64,000 bases of DNA from Monocercomonoides exilis PA203 (taxonomy: Eukaryota > Protista > Preaxostyla). Location of the stretch: contig LSRY02000024.1 in NCBI GenBank assembly GCA_001643675.2, forward strand, positions 806,001-870,000. The letters are read 5' to 3'. Made by a program: the position numbers and the translations under genes. Below, piece by piece: positions 36,031-46,879 of this stretch. The notes beneath the pieces are model-generated. The model was not told where the DNA came from, did not search any database, and saw only the letters and a list, made by a program, of their open reading frames with translations. Positions within the stretch are counted from its first letter, which is position 1. Each line of letters opens with the position of its first letter.

Positions 36031-39000
36031 CTATTCCATTGAGCTTTCTCCAGTCCCATCTTCGCTTTCTTCTTCGTCAGCTGTGCCTCCACTCATATAC
36101 ACCCCAATTGCATCAGATACAGTCAATGTTGCTGCATTCGCCGGAAAACGCTCAATGCATGCTCGCTTCACACTCATCAGAGATGGACGGTCACTTGCTC
36201 GGCTCGAAACACACGCCTTCACTGCCTCCTTCCACTTGCTCCCGCCAACTCTCTCCAAATCCGGCCTCTCTCCATTCACAATCTTCTGCCCTGCCACTTC
36301 GGCCTCAAACTCCCCAAACGGGATCTGAAGGGTCAGACACTCCCACAGCATCATCCCGATCGAAAACACAACTGACTCTTTTGTTGCTCCCATCTTCTTG
36401 TTCATCAGCAGTTCGGGTGCCTTCCACCTCAGGCACTCTTTTTTGAAAACATCATCCTCCTCAAACGCAGATGAGGGAAGAGAGTCATAATCATCATCAT
36501 CACTTGCAGAAGTCACAACAGTTGATGAAGAGATGGATGAGGAATCGGAATCATCGTCAGATGAGAAGTCAGAGTGCATCACAATACAAATGACCATGTG
36601 TTCTGAAAACAACACTATGTGTGGACTGAGATTGGAAAGCGATTGAAGCGGATTTTCCATTTCATCAAATGAATGCAGTGCGAGATTAGCCACCCAAAAC
36701 AGCACCTGAGCAGCTGTCTGCTCTCTTTCATTTAATGAGCCAATTGGCATCTCTTTCTTCTCATTCCTTCCATGAAGAAGCATGAACAGAGAATCTCTCA
36801 AATCCACAATCAGTTTTTCATGTGGTGAGGAGCAGGCCATTGCATCCACCAGATTGGACATCGATGAAGTTGTGGGACACAGACTCTCTGATCGAACAAA
36901 AGTGGATTCTGTATCTGAAGTGTCTGTGGTTGAGGTGGATGCAACAGATGGCGAAGGTGTTCGTTTTCTTGTCTCTTCTTCCTCAACCTTTTCCAGCATC
37001 CATTCAGGAATCTTGTCTGAATCTTTCCCCAGGATATATTCAGTTGATCCACATTCACTCAGCAAATGCTCTGATGACTCTGAATGCCCCAAGCTTTTCT
37101 CATACACTCTCTTCTTGATCCTTTCTTCATTCTTCTTCTCCGCTTCTCTCTCTGCCCTCCTCCACTGCTCCTCTGGTGACGTCTCCATTGTCACCATCTC
37201 AAATGCCTTTGGATCCTTCTTCACCGTGTCATTCACTATCTCTCTCAGATCTTTATTTTCATTCTTTGCCTTTCTCCATCTGACTGCAAGAATAATAGAA
37301 ACAATAAGAACAATCAACAATAAAATAACAAGAACAGTCACAATCAACAACCAATAAGATTTCTTTTCTTTTCCTCCTTCAACAATCCTTTCCTCCCCAT
37401 TTGTTTTGGGTTCGCTTCTGTTCTTCACGATGAATTCATTTGTTGATGAAGGAGATTCAGCATTCCCAAACAGGATGCACACACTCACTTCTGCATTTTC
37501 GTTTTCATTTCCGATTCCTGCAGTGCTTGTCCACCCAAACACCATCCCCTCAGAAACATATCCCTCTTCCTCAAACACCCCTTTCTCCACATGAGCTTCT
37601 TCACCCATTCTCTTCTCCACTTTGAATGATAGGTTACATGGAAGCAACAACTCCCCCACAAACACCACTTTCTCCCTCTCCCCAACTTCCTCCACCTCCA
37701 CCTCCACTTCATCCACTCGCGGAATGAACAGCACAGACTCTCTCGCTGCCAGAATTCCTCCCACCTCACATCCTTCATTCGTCATCCACATCGATGATCC
37801 CTTCTCCACCCCATCTCCCCCACGAAGGCTCACCACTTCAACCTTCCCTCCCTCTCTGCACCACATGTTTCTCCGAGCAGACGGATACTTCGCAACTCCT
37901 TCCCCATTCCCTTCAAACTCACCCTTCGCAATCTTCACACTCCCTCCACTGACGCTCATCCCTCCCTCACCACAGTTCGCAATCCTCGTCTCCATCACAA
38001 CCCCGGTGCTCTGTCTCACCTCCACAGCTGACTCATTCCACCTGCACACCCCTTTCTCATTTCCTTCTCCTTCTCCTCCTCCTTCATTCATCCACTCCTC
38101 TCTTTCATCCTTCTCCTCATGCCCTGTCCCATCCACCATGCATGCTTCCATCTCCAGCTCACATCCTCCTCTCACACACACTGCACTCCCTTCTCCACTC
38201 CTCCTCCCCCATCTCTCAAACGAACAGTTCACGCACTCTGTCTTTGCTCCTCGCCCTTCTCCATGCAGCACACTTCCCTCACTCTTCGAAACACTCACAT
38301 TCACAAGCTCCACACACCACATCCTCATCTTTCCTCCTTCCCCTTCCCCATTCAATGCCCCATTTCCTGTCACACTCACACAGCTCGCTCCTCCGCGCAA
38401 TCTCACATCTTTCATGACAATCTCCTTCATCTCCACTCTCCCTCCACCATCCACCCTCACAACATCTCCCTCGCTCTCCACATCCCCAATCACACACTCC
38501 CGCAACACTCCATTGCTCCCACTCCCAAACACAAACACACCCTTCCCACACTCCATTTGCTCCACCACACCCCCACGCATCTCAAACACTCCTCCACATA
38601 TCCTCATCACATCACACATCAGGGCTCCCCTTTGCTCCGCAAACCTCACTGCACACCCTGTCATCACAAGTGTTCCATTCACTTGCTGAAGCACACTTCC
38701 ATCTCTCCCCTCAAAATGCTTCCCGATTTCAAACACACACTCCACCACCTCACTTTCATTCACAAAGCACACAACCCCTTCCTCCAACACTTCTGCTTCA
38801 TCCACCTCATCCACACTCACAATGCACTTCTTCCCCCGCTTCCAAGATCGGATGCACACATCTCCCACAGTCGTCTTCTCCATCACAACCCCTTTCTCCA
38901 CAATCCACATCGTGCTCCCTGCTCCTCTTTCCATGTGCTTCATCCCACATGAAACACTCCAACATGCCTCACTTTCGGATCCACACAGCCTCCCATCCTT

Positions 39001-42000
39001 CCCCGATTTAGCAACATACACCCACACAGACAAATACCCCTGCAACCACTCCAGCAGATCCACATCCTTCTCTTCCTCATCGCTCGCATTCGCTGCATCC
39101 CTCCGCAACAGAGAATCCTGCTCTGTGTCCAGCTCAAGCACACTCCGCTTCATCTGCTCCTCAATTGACAAGCACCTCACAAACATGTCTTTCCCAACAA
39201 ATGCTTCATTCCACAGGAATGAGATGCCCCTCATCACAAACCCTCCAATCCCATTTGCTCCATTTCCTTCTTTCCCCTCAGCCCTTCCAACACAGTCCAG
39301 CATTATTCCCCCTCCCCTCCCACTTGTTCGGCTGCATTCACATCCTGCGATTGTGCAGCTCTCCATCACCAGCCCTTCTCCATTCTCTTCCCACCCTCCT
39401 CGCCACTTCACCCCTCCCCCTTCCTCAGACCCTTCATTCACACACCCTCTCATCCCGCACCCCTCAATTCTCACATCCACCACCCCCATCTCTTCTCCTG
39501 TTCTGCTTCCAATCACTGCCCCGCTCTCGCCTCTCGAGGTTATGGTTATGAAGTTCGACTTCTCCATCCACACCTTCACTCTTGCCTTCTCTTCTCCATT
39601 CTCTCTCCACAACCTCTTTTTCTCTTCATTTCTTTCATTTCCCTTTGCTCCGCCAACACTTCCTCCACATATCCCAATCAGACTGGAGCTGCTCATGTCT
39701 ATTCCACAGAACAGCGTTCCATTTATCACCACGCTCTTCATTCCCTCACCCACCACCAAATACTCCTTTCCCAACAGACAGTCCTTGAACACACATTCCT
39801 CAACCTTCAGCTCTCCCTTCATCCCTTCAACAAACACAAATCCAATCTCTCCCCCTTCTTCTCTGCCTCTCCCCTCCATTATGCACCCTTTCATCAGCAA
39901 AACACACTTCTCGTCCTCCATCAGAACACATGATCTGCTTCCAAGCATCCCTTCTCCAAACATAATCTTTATGTTTGTCAACGAAAATGGAACACTTGAC
40001 CTGACAAAACCTATCTTCTCTTCAATTTCATTCACTTTTGTTCTCCACTTTATTCCTTCTCCACTGCCATGTTTCCTCTTTTCTCCTCCAAACACAATTT
40101 CGCTCCCTTCTTCATCACCAACGATCGCCAATCCATTTGGCATCTCATCTTCACTCAGAACCATCGCCTCCTCAATCAAAGAGGAATGGCTCACTCGGAT
40201 CTCTTCCATCCCTTGCTCCTTCATCAATGCTGCATGCAGTCTGATTGCTTGTGTGATTGTCTCACATGGTGCAACTGCAAATCCACACCTCCCAAAATCC
40301 CCTCCTCCAACCCCATCCACATGCATCCGCTCTCTCGCCCCTTCCCACAAATACACCACAATCGGAATCCCAAACTCATCTCCTGTGGTGCTTCGCTCAC
40401 ACCCCCACACTCCTCCCCATTTCCCTTCCTCTTCCTTCCAATCCTCTTCTCTTTCCTCCTCTGATGGAACAAACCAATCCCCCAAATGAGCTCTGTCTGC
40501 CACTTCTCCCAGAACACTGCACCTTGCAAACACATCTCTCCCTTCCCACCCGCGGTTTCCCTCAAATCTCACTTTTCCAATCTGGAACACATCTACCTCA
40601 TCCAACGCTTTCCCTCCTTCTCCACCATCCACAACATCAATATACAACCCTCCTCCTCTTCCACGCTCTTTTTCCCCTTCCCCAACCATACATCCACTGA
40701 ATACCGCATCTATAATCGCTAACCCTCTCCACCCCTTCCCCACTTCCACAAACAGCCCTCCTCCGCACCCCTCTCCTTCTCCTTCTCCTCCACAGCTGCA
40801 TCCCTCCACACTCACAGCACCCTCGCTTTCTCCTCCCTCGCTGCCTGTGGTGTTGCCTATCGACACAACCCCTCCTTCACCAACACCAATCCACATCCAA
40901 CCCCCACTTCCCGACAAGCACCCACAATTCCGATATGTCCCTCCCTCCACCACAACTCCTCCTCCTTCTCCCACTCTCCCTCCCACAACACTCCCATTCC
41001 CCCTCTCCCGCACAACCTCTTCCACCACTGTGTTCTTCATCTCCACCCACCCTCCATTCACCCCTTCCATCTCCACCACTCCACACCCATCCTCCCTCAT
41101 CCCACTCACCTCAACTGACTCCATCACCACTCTCCCTCCAACAACTAACACAAACCCACTCAAAAATGCATCCCCTTCTCCCTCTCTTCCTTCCCCTTCT
41201 CCTTCTCCTTCATTTTGCTTTTCCTCCGCGCTCACCTCTCTCACTCGGCACTTCACCAACTGCAGCTCTCCTCCATTCTCTCCAACAACAAACTCCTCCT
41301 TCCTCCTCTTCCCCTTCCCCACTCGAGCAAAACTCATCCCCTCAAACATCCCACTCCCTCTCCCAATCAGCACCACCTCTTCCCCTTCGCTCCTCCCTCT
41401 CAAAACAACAGCTGTCTCCTCCTTCCCCACCCCTTTCACACTCACTGACAAGTCTCCAATCTCCACTTTCTCCTCTCTGCACCTTCCCCTCCCCACAACA
41501 ACATCCACTTCTCTTGTCAAATCTGCAACCATTCTGAAATACCCAATCCTTTTGCATCCCCTCCCCTTCTGTTCTTCTCCTTCCACTCCACCAGACCCAC
41601 ATCCCAAATGGTCGATCCCTTCCTCTCCATCAATGTGGATCTTGCTGAAATATCCTTTCAACACCCAACCGCTGCAATCTGTGCCTCCTTTCACAACTCT
41701 CATTCCCTCTCCTTCCGAAATCGTCCGACACAACACAAAACTGCTTTCATCAATGCTTGTCCACCCATCGCAGATATACACATCCGATCCTCCATTTGCT
41801 GCACTGTTGTTTCCAAAGAAGCAAAACAACACTTTTGAATCAGATGATCCAGTTCCATTATCCCAGCAGATTCCTCCACCTCTATTTTCACTGTGCCCAT
41901 TCATAAATACACAATCTGAAACAATTGCACAACAATTCCATTGAATACTCAATCCTGCACCTCCAGTGTGATATTGTGAAATTTTTAAGTTTCCAACAAA

Positions 42001-43287
42001 CTCATTTTCACTGACAACGTTTCTTGTTGGCTCAAATTCCAAAAACAACCCTCCTCCCATGTGAGTTGTGTTTCCCTCAATGAATCGGCATTTTGCCCAT
42101 CTCCCTTCGCTCACATACCGAGCATCAACAGTTCCTCCAGATGCCACACTCCAACAATGTGTGAAGTTGCATTTTTCCACTTCCATCTTGCAGTATTTGT
42201 CAAAGCGACTGGATATTGCCCCTCCGCAATAAGCTGCATAGCATCTCTCAAACGATGTTCTCAAAACAGTCAATTTTCCAGTTGATGTGAACAGGATCGC
42301 TCCTCCTGAATTTGATTGACTGCTTGTCGCTGAGGTTTCGAAAAATGAGCAATCAACAAATGTTTCATCTCCACTGCTCACGATTTTTCTTTCCATGTTC
42401 TTCTCCCCTTCATAATCGTTCATCGCTCCATTTCTTTCGCACCTCTCCATGGTTGTGTTTTCACACCACAAGTTCTGCCCACTTCTGTTCGCTCCATAAA
42501 CAATGCCTCCATCCAAAGGCCATTCCACTCCTTCCACAACACACCCAATCATCTTTTCTCCATTCCTTCTCCAAAAATACTGATTTTTATTTTCTTCATT
42601 TTTCCACTTCTCTCTCTTCTCTTCTCCTGTCATCTGCCTCTTCATCGCCATTCTGCTCACATTCACAAACGCCATCTGTTCCACAACTGTGTCCATTCCG
42701 CTGCAACTGGCAATGAAGGCTCCTTCCATCATCACCTTCACATCCCTCACAACCCCTTCGCTCAAATCCACACACCCACAATCACTCCCATCACATCTCC
42801 CAACCCTCACCAAACTCCCAACGAAAACAATCCCTTTCTTCACACCTTCCACACTCACATTCCTCAACACAACCACTCCACCATCTGCTCCTGCAACACT
42901 TCCCATCACACCACTTTCTGCAACCACACAGCACTCGCTCATCTCCCCCAGACTTCCCAAGCCCACATTCATCACTTCCACATTTTCACTCACAAATATC
43001 TTCAGCCGCTTCAGACAAACCGATGCATTCACACTCTTCACCCCAACTCCATCCAGCTCCCTGCTCATGAAACGCACACTTCCTGTTTGAAGCCATTTCT
43101 CTTTTCCCTCCTTTCTCCAGTTTTCCACACCCTTTTCTTCCCACCAAGCATTTTCTTTGCCTTCCAGTCTCTCTTTGATTTTTCCTTTCGCATCTTCTCC
43201 ATCCAGAAGAATATCGCTTTTGTGCTCATATGAAACACTCGCCGCCAAAAAGGAAACAATCAGCAGACAACACGGAGATAGAATCAT
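36031..43287 (-). CDS. Single-pass surface receptor-like protein: signal peptide, beta-helix (GGAI/FxxN) ectodomain, TM, degenerate kinase domain
   Basis: Hydrophobic N-terminus; SGGAI, CGGAI, RGGGI, F.GN repeats; G.D...CG....C cysteine modules; TM WLLIVTVLVILLLIVLIVSIILAV; RWKAPE, VFSIGMMLWE, PF, DRPS but no HRD or DFG. Confidence 0.85.
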   Translation of the reverse strand: MILSPCCLLIVSFLAASVSYEHKSDILLDGEDAKGKIKERLEGKENAWWEEKGVENWRKEGKEKWLQTGSVRFMSRELDGVGVKSVNASVCLKRLKIFVSENVEVMNVGLGSLGEMSECCVVAESGVMGSVAGADGGVVVLRNVSVEGVKKGIVFVGSLVRVGRCDGSDCGCVDLSEGVVRDVKVMMEGAFIASCSGMDTVVEQMAFVNVSRMAMKRQMTGEEKREKWKNEENKNQYFWRRNGEKMIGCVVEGVEWPLDGGIVYGANRSGQNLWCENTTMERCERNGAMNDYEGEKNMERKIVSSGDETFVDCSFFETSATSSQSNSGGAILFTSTGKLTVLRTSFERCYAAYCGGAISSRFDKYCKMEVEKCNFTHCWSVASGGTVDARYVSEGRWAKCRFIEGNTTHMGGGLFLEFEPTRNVVSENEFVGNLKISQYHTGGAGLSIQWNCCAIVSDCVFMNGHSENRGGGICWDNGTGSSDSKVLFCFFGNNSAANGGSDVYICDGWTSIDESSFVLCRTISEGEGMRVVKGGTDCSGWVLKGYFSKIHIDGEEGIDHLGCGSGGVEGEEQKGRGCKRIGYFRMVADLTREVDVVVGRGRCREEKVEIGDLSVSVKGVGKEETAVVLRGRSEGEEVVLIGRGSGMFEGMSFARVGKGKRRKEEFVVGENGGELQLVKCRVREVSAEEKQNEGEGEGEGREGEGDAFLSGFVLVVGGRVVMESVEVSGMREDGCGVVEMEGVNGGWVEMKNTVVEEVVRERGNGSVVGGRVGEGGGVVVEGGTYRNCGCLSGSGGWMWIGVGEGGVVSIGNTTGSEGGESEGAVSVEGCSCGGEGEGEGCGGGLFVEVGKGWRGLAIIDAVFSGCMVGEGEKERGRGGGLYIDVVDGGEGGKALDEVDVFQIGKVRFEGNRGWEGRDVFARCSVLGEVADRAHLGDWFVPSEEEREEDWKEEEGKWGGVWGCERSTTGDEFGIPIVVYLWEGARERMHVDGVGGGDFGRCGFAVAPCETITQAIRLHAALMKEQGMEEIRVSHSSLIEEAMVLSEDEMPNGLAIVGDEEGSEIVFGGEKRKHGSGEGIKWRTKVNEIEEKIGFVRSSVPFSLTNIKIMFGEGMLGSRSCVLMEDEKCVLLMKGCIMEGRGREEGGEIGFVFVEGMKGELKVEECVFKDCLLGKEYLVVGEGMKSVVINGTLFCGIDMSSSSLIGICGGSVGGAKGNERNEEKKRLWRENGEEKARVKVWMEKSNFITITSRGESGAVIGSRTGEEMGVVDVRIEGCGMRGCVNEGSEEGGGVKWRGGWEENGEGLVMESCTIAGCECSRTSGRGGGIMLDCVGRAEGKEGNGANGIGGFVMRGISFLWNEAFVGKDMFVRCLSIEEQMKRSVLELDTEQDSLLRRDAANASDEEEKDVDLLEWLQGYLSVWVYVAKSGKDGRLCGSESEACWSVSCGMKHMERGAGSTMWIVEKGVVMEKTTVGDVCIRSWKRGKKCIVSVDEVDEAEVLEEGVVCFVNESEVVECVFEIGKHFEGRDGSVLQQVNGTLVMTGCAVRFAEQRGALMCDVMRICGGVFEMRGGVVEQMECGKGVFVFGSGSNGVLRECVIGDVESEGDVVRVDGGGRVEMKEIVMKDVRLRGGASCVSVTGNGALNGEGEGGKMRMWCVELVNVSVSKSEGSVLHGEGRGAKTECVNCSFERWGRRSGEGSAVCVRGGCELEMEACMVDGTGHEEKDEREEWMNEGGGEGEGNEKGVCRWNESAVEVRQSTGVVMETRIANCGEGGMSVSGGSVKIAKGEFEGNGEGVAKYPSARRNMWCREGGKVEVVSLRGGDGVEKGSSMWMTNEGCEVGGILAARESVLFIPRVDEVEVEVEEVGEREKVVFVGELLLPCNLSFKVEKRMGEEAHVEKGVFEEEGYVSEGMVFGWTSTAGIGNENENAEVSVCILFGNAESPSSTNEFIVKNRSEPKTNGEERIVEGGKEKKSYWLLIVTVLVILLLIVLIVSIILAVRWRKAKNENKDLREIVNDTVKKDPKAFEMVTMETSPEEQWRRAEREAEKKNEERIKKRVYEKSLGHSESSEHLLSECGSTEYILGKDSDKIPEWMLEKVEEEETRKRTPSPSVASTSTTDTSDTESTFVRSESLCPTTSSMSNLVDAMACSSPHEKLIVDLRDSLFMLLHGRNEKKEMPIGSLNEREQTAAQVLFWVANLALHSFDEMENPLQSLSNLSPHIVLFSEHMVICIVMHSDFSSDDDSDSSSISSSTVVTSASDDDDYDSLPSSAFEEDDVFKKECLRWKAPELLMNKKMGATKESVVFSIGMMLWECLTLQIPFGEFEAEVAGQKIVNGERPDLERVGGSKWKEAVKACVSSRASDRPSLMSVKRACIERFPANAATLTVSDAIGVYMSGGTADEEESEDGTGESSME

Positions 43288-44523
43288 CTTTCCGGATCAA
43301 ATTGACCCATTAATTGCCTTTCTTTTGTTTCCTGCCCCATTAATCCCATTCTTTGGCTTTCCAGAAAACACTGAAGATGAAATTATGAAAGACGAAAAAA
43401 TAAATTCAATAACAATTGAAAAAGATTAACTTAGTAAATGAATAAATGAGATAATCAGAATATTCGCAAAATATAACTTAAAAAAATAATATTCAATAAA
43501 ATGAAAAAATTTCAATAATCAAAAGAAAAACAATAATGTCATAAATAATATATAACAAATTCGTAAAAAGAATAAAAAAAACAAAAAATAGAAGAAAATA
43601 TTGCTTTTTTTAATTTGGAAAACCAGAATAACTCCTTGTTTTTAAAAAAATAAATCAAAAATGCACCAAAAAGCTTTGAAGGTTCAGAAACACAATAAAT
43701 TGAATTACAACTATATAGCAATTCTCGAATATTTTCCACAAAGAAAAATCATTTTCAGTTTGTTCAAAAGCCGTGATTCAAAAAATCAAAAAAGTTAAAA
43801 AACGCTTCAATTCAAACAGCAAGCTCTGAGCGAAAGCAATAAGTTTAAAAGTATTGAAACATTGGGACATTTATGGAAAAAATATTCCAATATGAAAATA
43901 AATGATTCGCTTTCATCACCAAAAACAAATATTGTTATTTCTTCTCAAAAGATGTCTGCACAGCAAATCAACACAAACAAATCCAACTCATTAAAAACAC
44001 TCAAGCACGTTAAAAAATCGCCTTCAATGAATTGAATAATAACACATGTTAAAAAATCCAACAATGAAACAATCAAATATCATTTGCCTGATCGTTTTTT
44101 CTAATTTTTATTTTCTCTTTTTGTCTGGAAAAAAAATATCTCGGACAAATGAAAAAGAACCGACAAAAATGCTTCTTTTTGCATTTTGCATTCGCGAGCA
44201 GAAGGCAACAAATCCATTCTCTTTTGAAATCATGAGCTCAGCATCGCCTTGATTAAAATCACATAAATCTTTCCCCAAAACCAAATTGCAATGCAAAACT
44301 GAAGAATGTGTTATGTATCTTCTTTATGAATAATTTTTTTTACGAAATTTATTTTTTGTGACTCTCTTTGAAAAGAAAAATAAACTAAAACGAAAAACAA
44401 CTTATGAATTGGATTGTCTTATTTTTAACAGGCATTGAAGAGCATCACAAGTGGGATAGTTGCAAAGAAACACATATTCAAGGCTTTTGTTAACGATGGA
44501 ATTAATTGTGAAGAATTCTGGCA

Positions 44524-46374
44524 ATGATGACAGAGAAGACAGAAAATCGTGAATTGTGGAAGAAGGAAACAGACAGGGCACATGCAACACAAATATTAGG
44601 CATTCCTCACGGACTTGCAGAAATGAGGGAAGAATCTGTGGAAGAAACAGAAAAAGTGGTGTTGTCGAAATGGCAGGCAACGAAATGGATGAAGACTTAT
44701 TTGCAGACTGGAAGGAGTGGGTGGTCAAGCAGCAGCAGCAGCACAAGCACAAACTCTGGCTCCATGGAAATTGGGAATATCAGCGAATTGAAAGAGAAGT
44801 GCGAGTCGTCTGTGCCATTCTGGGTGGAAAAGAGTGCTTCAGAGAAAGAGACAGGAATGGAATGGCAGACGCACACAGTGGTGGAGAGCGGGGCTGGATT
44901 GGGAAGAGAACAGGAGACAGGGATATTTGGTGAAGAAAGAGAGAAAGGGATGAAAGATGAAAACAAGGGCTGTGAATGTTCAGCTCAAATGGTGCTTGAG
45001 GATATGCGGGTGAAAAGAACTGACGAAAGATGCAAAGAAATGGAGAAGGAAGAAGGAGAGGAGTGGGCAAGGGAAGAGGTGAAGAAGGAGATGGGGAAAG
45101 AGATGGAGGGGATTGGGAGGGAGAAAGGATGGAAGTTGGAAGAGAGGAAGCGGGGAGAGATGGTGAAGCGGTGGAGGTGGGAAGACTGGGAGGCAGCGGG
45201 TGGAGCAGGGGCAGGAGGCAGGCTGGAGAAGAGGAAGGAACGGGTTTTGCGGTGGAGGAGGCAGGTGGAGGATGCAATGAAGCACTGGAAGGTGTTTGGG
45301 GTGTGGGTGCGGAAGGAGTGGGAAGGGATGGGAGGAGTTGCAGAAAGGAGGGGAGAAGAGGCAGAGGAGGAGACTCGGATGTGGGATGAGGCAGAGAGGC
45401 GTGTTTTGGAGAAGGAAACAGAAAGAGAGGAGAGAGGAGGGAAAGGTGAAAATGAGGGAGTGGGAAGAGAGGAGCAGCAGGTGGAGCGGTATGAGCGAGC
45501 AAAGCGGAAGGGAGCGAAGGCAGAAGATTTGGATGCAAACACAGAGCATCCGGATCTGAGATATGGGGGATATGGAGGGCTGAGGAGGAGCAAAAGGAGC
45601 GGGAAAGACAGGGAAATGAGGAAGAAAGAAGAAGAATCGCCCGCAGGAACATTTCCATCAGGTCTCCTTTCGCAGATGCTTTTGGAGGAAATGAGGCAGA
45701 GAGGGGAAGGAGACGAAGGGTTATTGTTGCAAGAAGATTTGAAGCCAACAAGCAAATTGTTGGAATTTCAGCGATGGCTTGAGATGGGTGAGATGGGAGA
45801 TGGAAGCGAGGTTGAGAATGAGGGAGAAATGAGGAAAGAAGAGGAGTTAGGAGAAAGGGAGACAACAAGTGAAGGAGAGAGCAGAATGTCCGGTGTTGGA
45901 GGAAAGGATGAGTGGGGAGATTGGCTGATGAGAGGCTGGGAAAGAGAGGATGAAATGGAAGAAGATGAAAATGATGATGATGAAGGTTTTTGGAGTGGAA
46001 GGGATGGGGAAGGAAAGAAAAGTGAGATGGGGCATATGAGGTGCTTGAGGGTGATTGCCTGTGGGAGAGGAGGAGGAGAGAGTGAGTGGGAGCTTGGGGT
46101 GAGAGATCCAGAGGAGATGTTGAGGCGGTTCTACGATGCAGGAAGTGGGATGAGGCAGATGAAGCGGGAGAGACGAAGGAAAAGGAGGGGAAGAAGGGAT
46201 GAGAAAGAATGGAAATGGAGAGAGAAAGGAGCTGGGGAAGGGAGCACAAGAAGAAGTAATTGTTGCAGCAGCAGTTTTGTGGATGGGGAACGAGACGAGC
46301 GAAGAACAGAGGTGGAAGCAGAGCCAGATGCTGTGGCTGCAGATGGAGACATTGAGGAAATCAATGAGCTATGA
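44524..46374 (+). CDS. Hypothetical Glu/Arg/Gly/Trp-rich protein (possibly a gene remnant)
   Basis: 616-aa open frame in purine-rich DNA; no domain recognised; 5' end unclear. Confidence 0.4.
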   Translation: MMTEKTENRELWKKETDRAHATQILGIPHGLAEMREESVEETEKVVLSKWQATKWMKTYLQTGRSGWSSSSSSTSTNSGSMEIGNISELKEKCESSVPFWVEKSASEKETGMEWQTHTVVESGAGLGREQETGIFGEEREKGMKDENKGCECSAQMVLEDMRVKRTDERCKEMEKEEGEEWAREEVKKEMGKEMEGIGREKGWKLEERKRGEMVKRWRWEDWEAAGGAGAGGRLEKRKERVLRWRRQVEDAMKHWKVFGVWVRKEWEGMGGVAERRGEEAEEETRMWDEAERRVLEKETEREERGGKGENEGVGREEQQVERYERAKRKGAKAEDLDANTEHPDLRYGGYGGLRRSKRSGKDREMRKKEEESPAGTFPSGLLSQMLLEEMRQRGEGDEGLLLQEDLKPTSKLLEFQRWLEMGEMGDGSEVENEGEMRKEEELGERETTSEGESRMSGVGGKDEWGDWLMRGWEREDEMEEDENDDDEGFWSGRDGEGKKSEMGHMRCLRVIACGRGGGESEWELGVRDPEEMLRRFYDAGSGMRQMKRERRRKRRGRRDEKEWKWREKGAGEGSTRRSNCCSSSFVDGERDERRTEVEAEPDAVAADGDIEEINEL

Positions 46375-46879
46375 AAGGGAAAAATTGTTTGAACACAACC
46401 CACATTTTTCCTTCAATTGAAGTAAATATTAAGCATGTTCCAGAACAGGTTATATCATTATGTTGTGTATTTAAAATATTCAGTATCTTATGCTTTGCGT
46501 AACAATTCGATTTTCCTGTGATATGGATTTCATGTTGAATGAGTAATAGTTTTTTATAAAATTTTTATTTATTGATTGATTGATTAATTTATTTATTTAT
46601 TTATTTATTTATTTATTGTTTTATAAGCAATAAATTCGGATACTTAAAACTACTAACAAAGGAGCAAATGTTGAAATAAAATTGAAATAATCTCGTTTTT
46701 TTTTGCATTCTGTTTTATAATTTTTACCTTTCCAAAAGGTTTATTCTTCTTTGATAAGGAAATTAAAATGTGGAAATTATTGCGGAAAATAACATTATAA
46801 ACATTGCTTAAAATCATTTCGTGAGCAAAATTTTTGTTGTGCTTTATCTTTCTTCAATCATAGCGCAAAAACGTTATTT

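Noticed and set aside
16070-46403. Many antisense or alternative-frame ORFs (for example 38822-40489 +, 44780-46249 -)
   Set aside because: Shadows of low-complexity, strand-skewed coding sequence with no motifs
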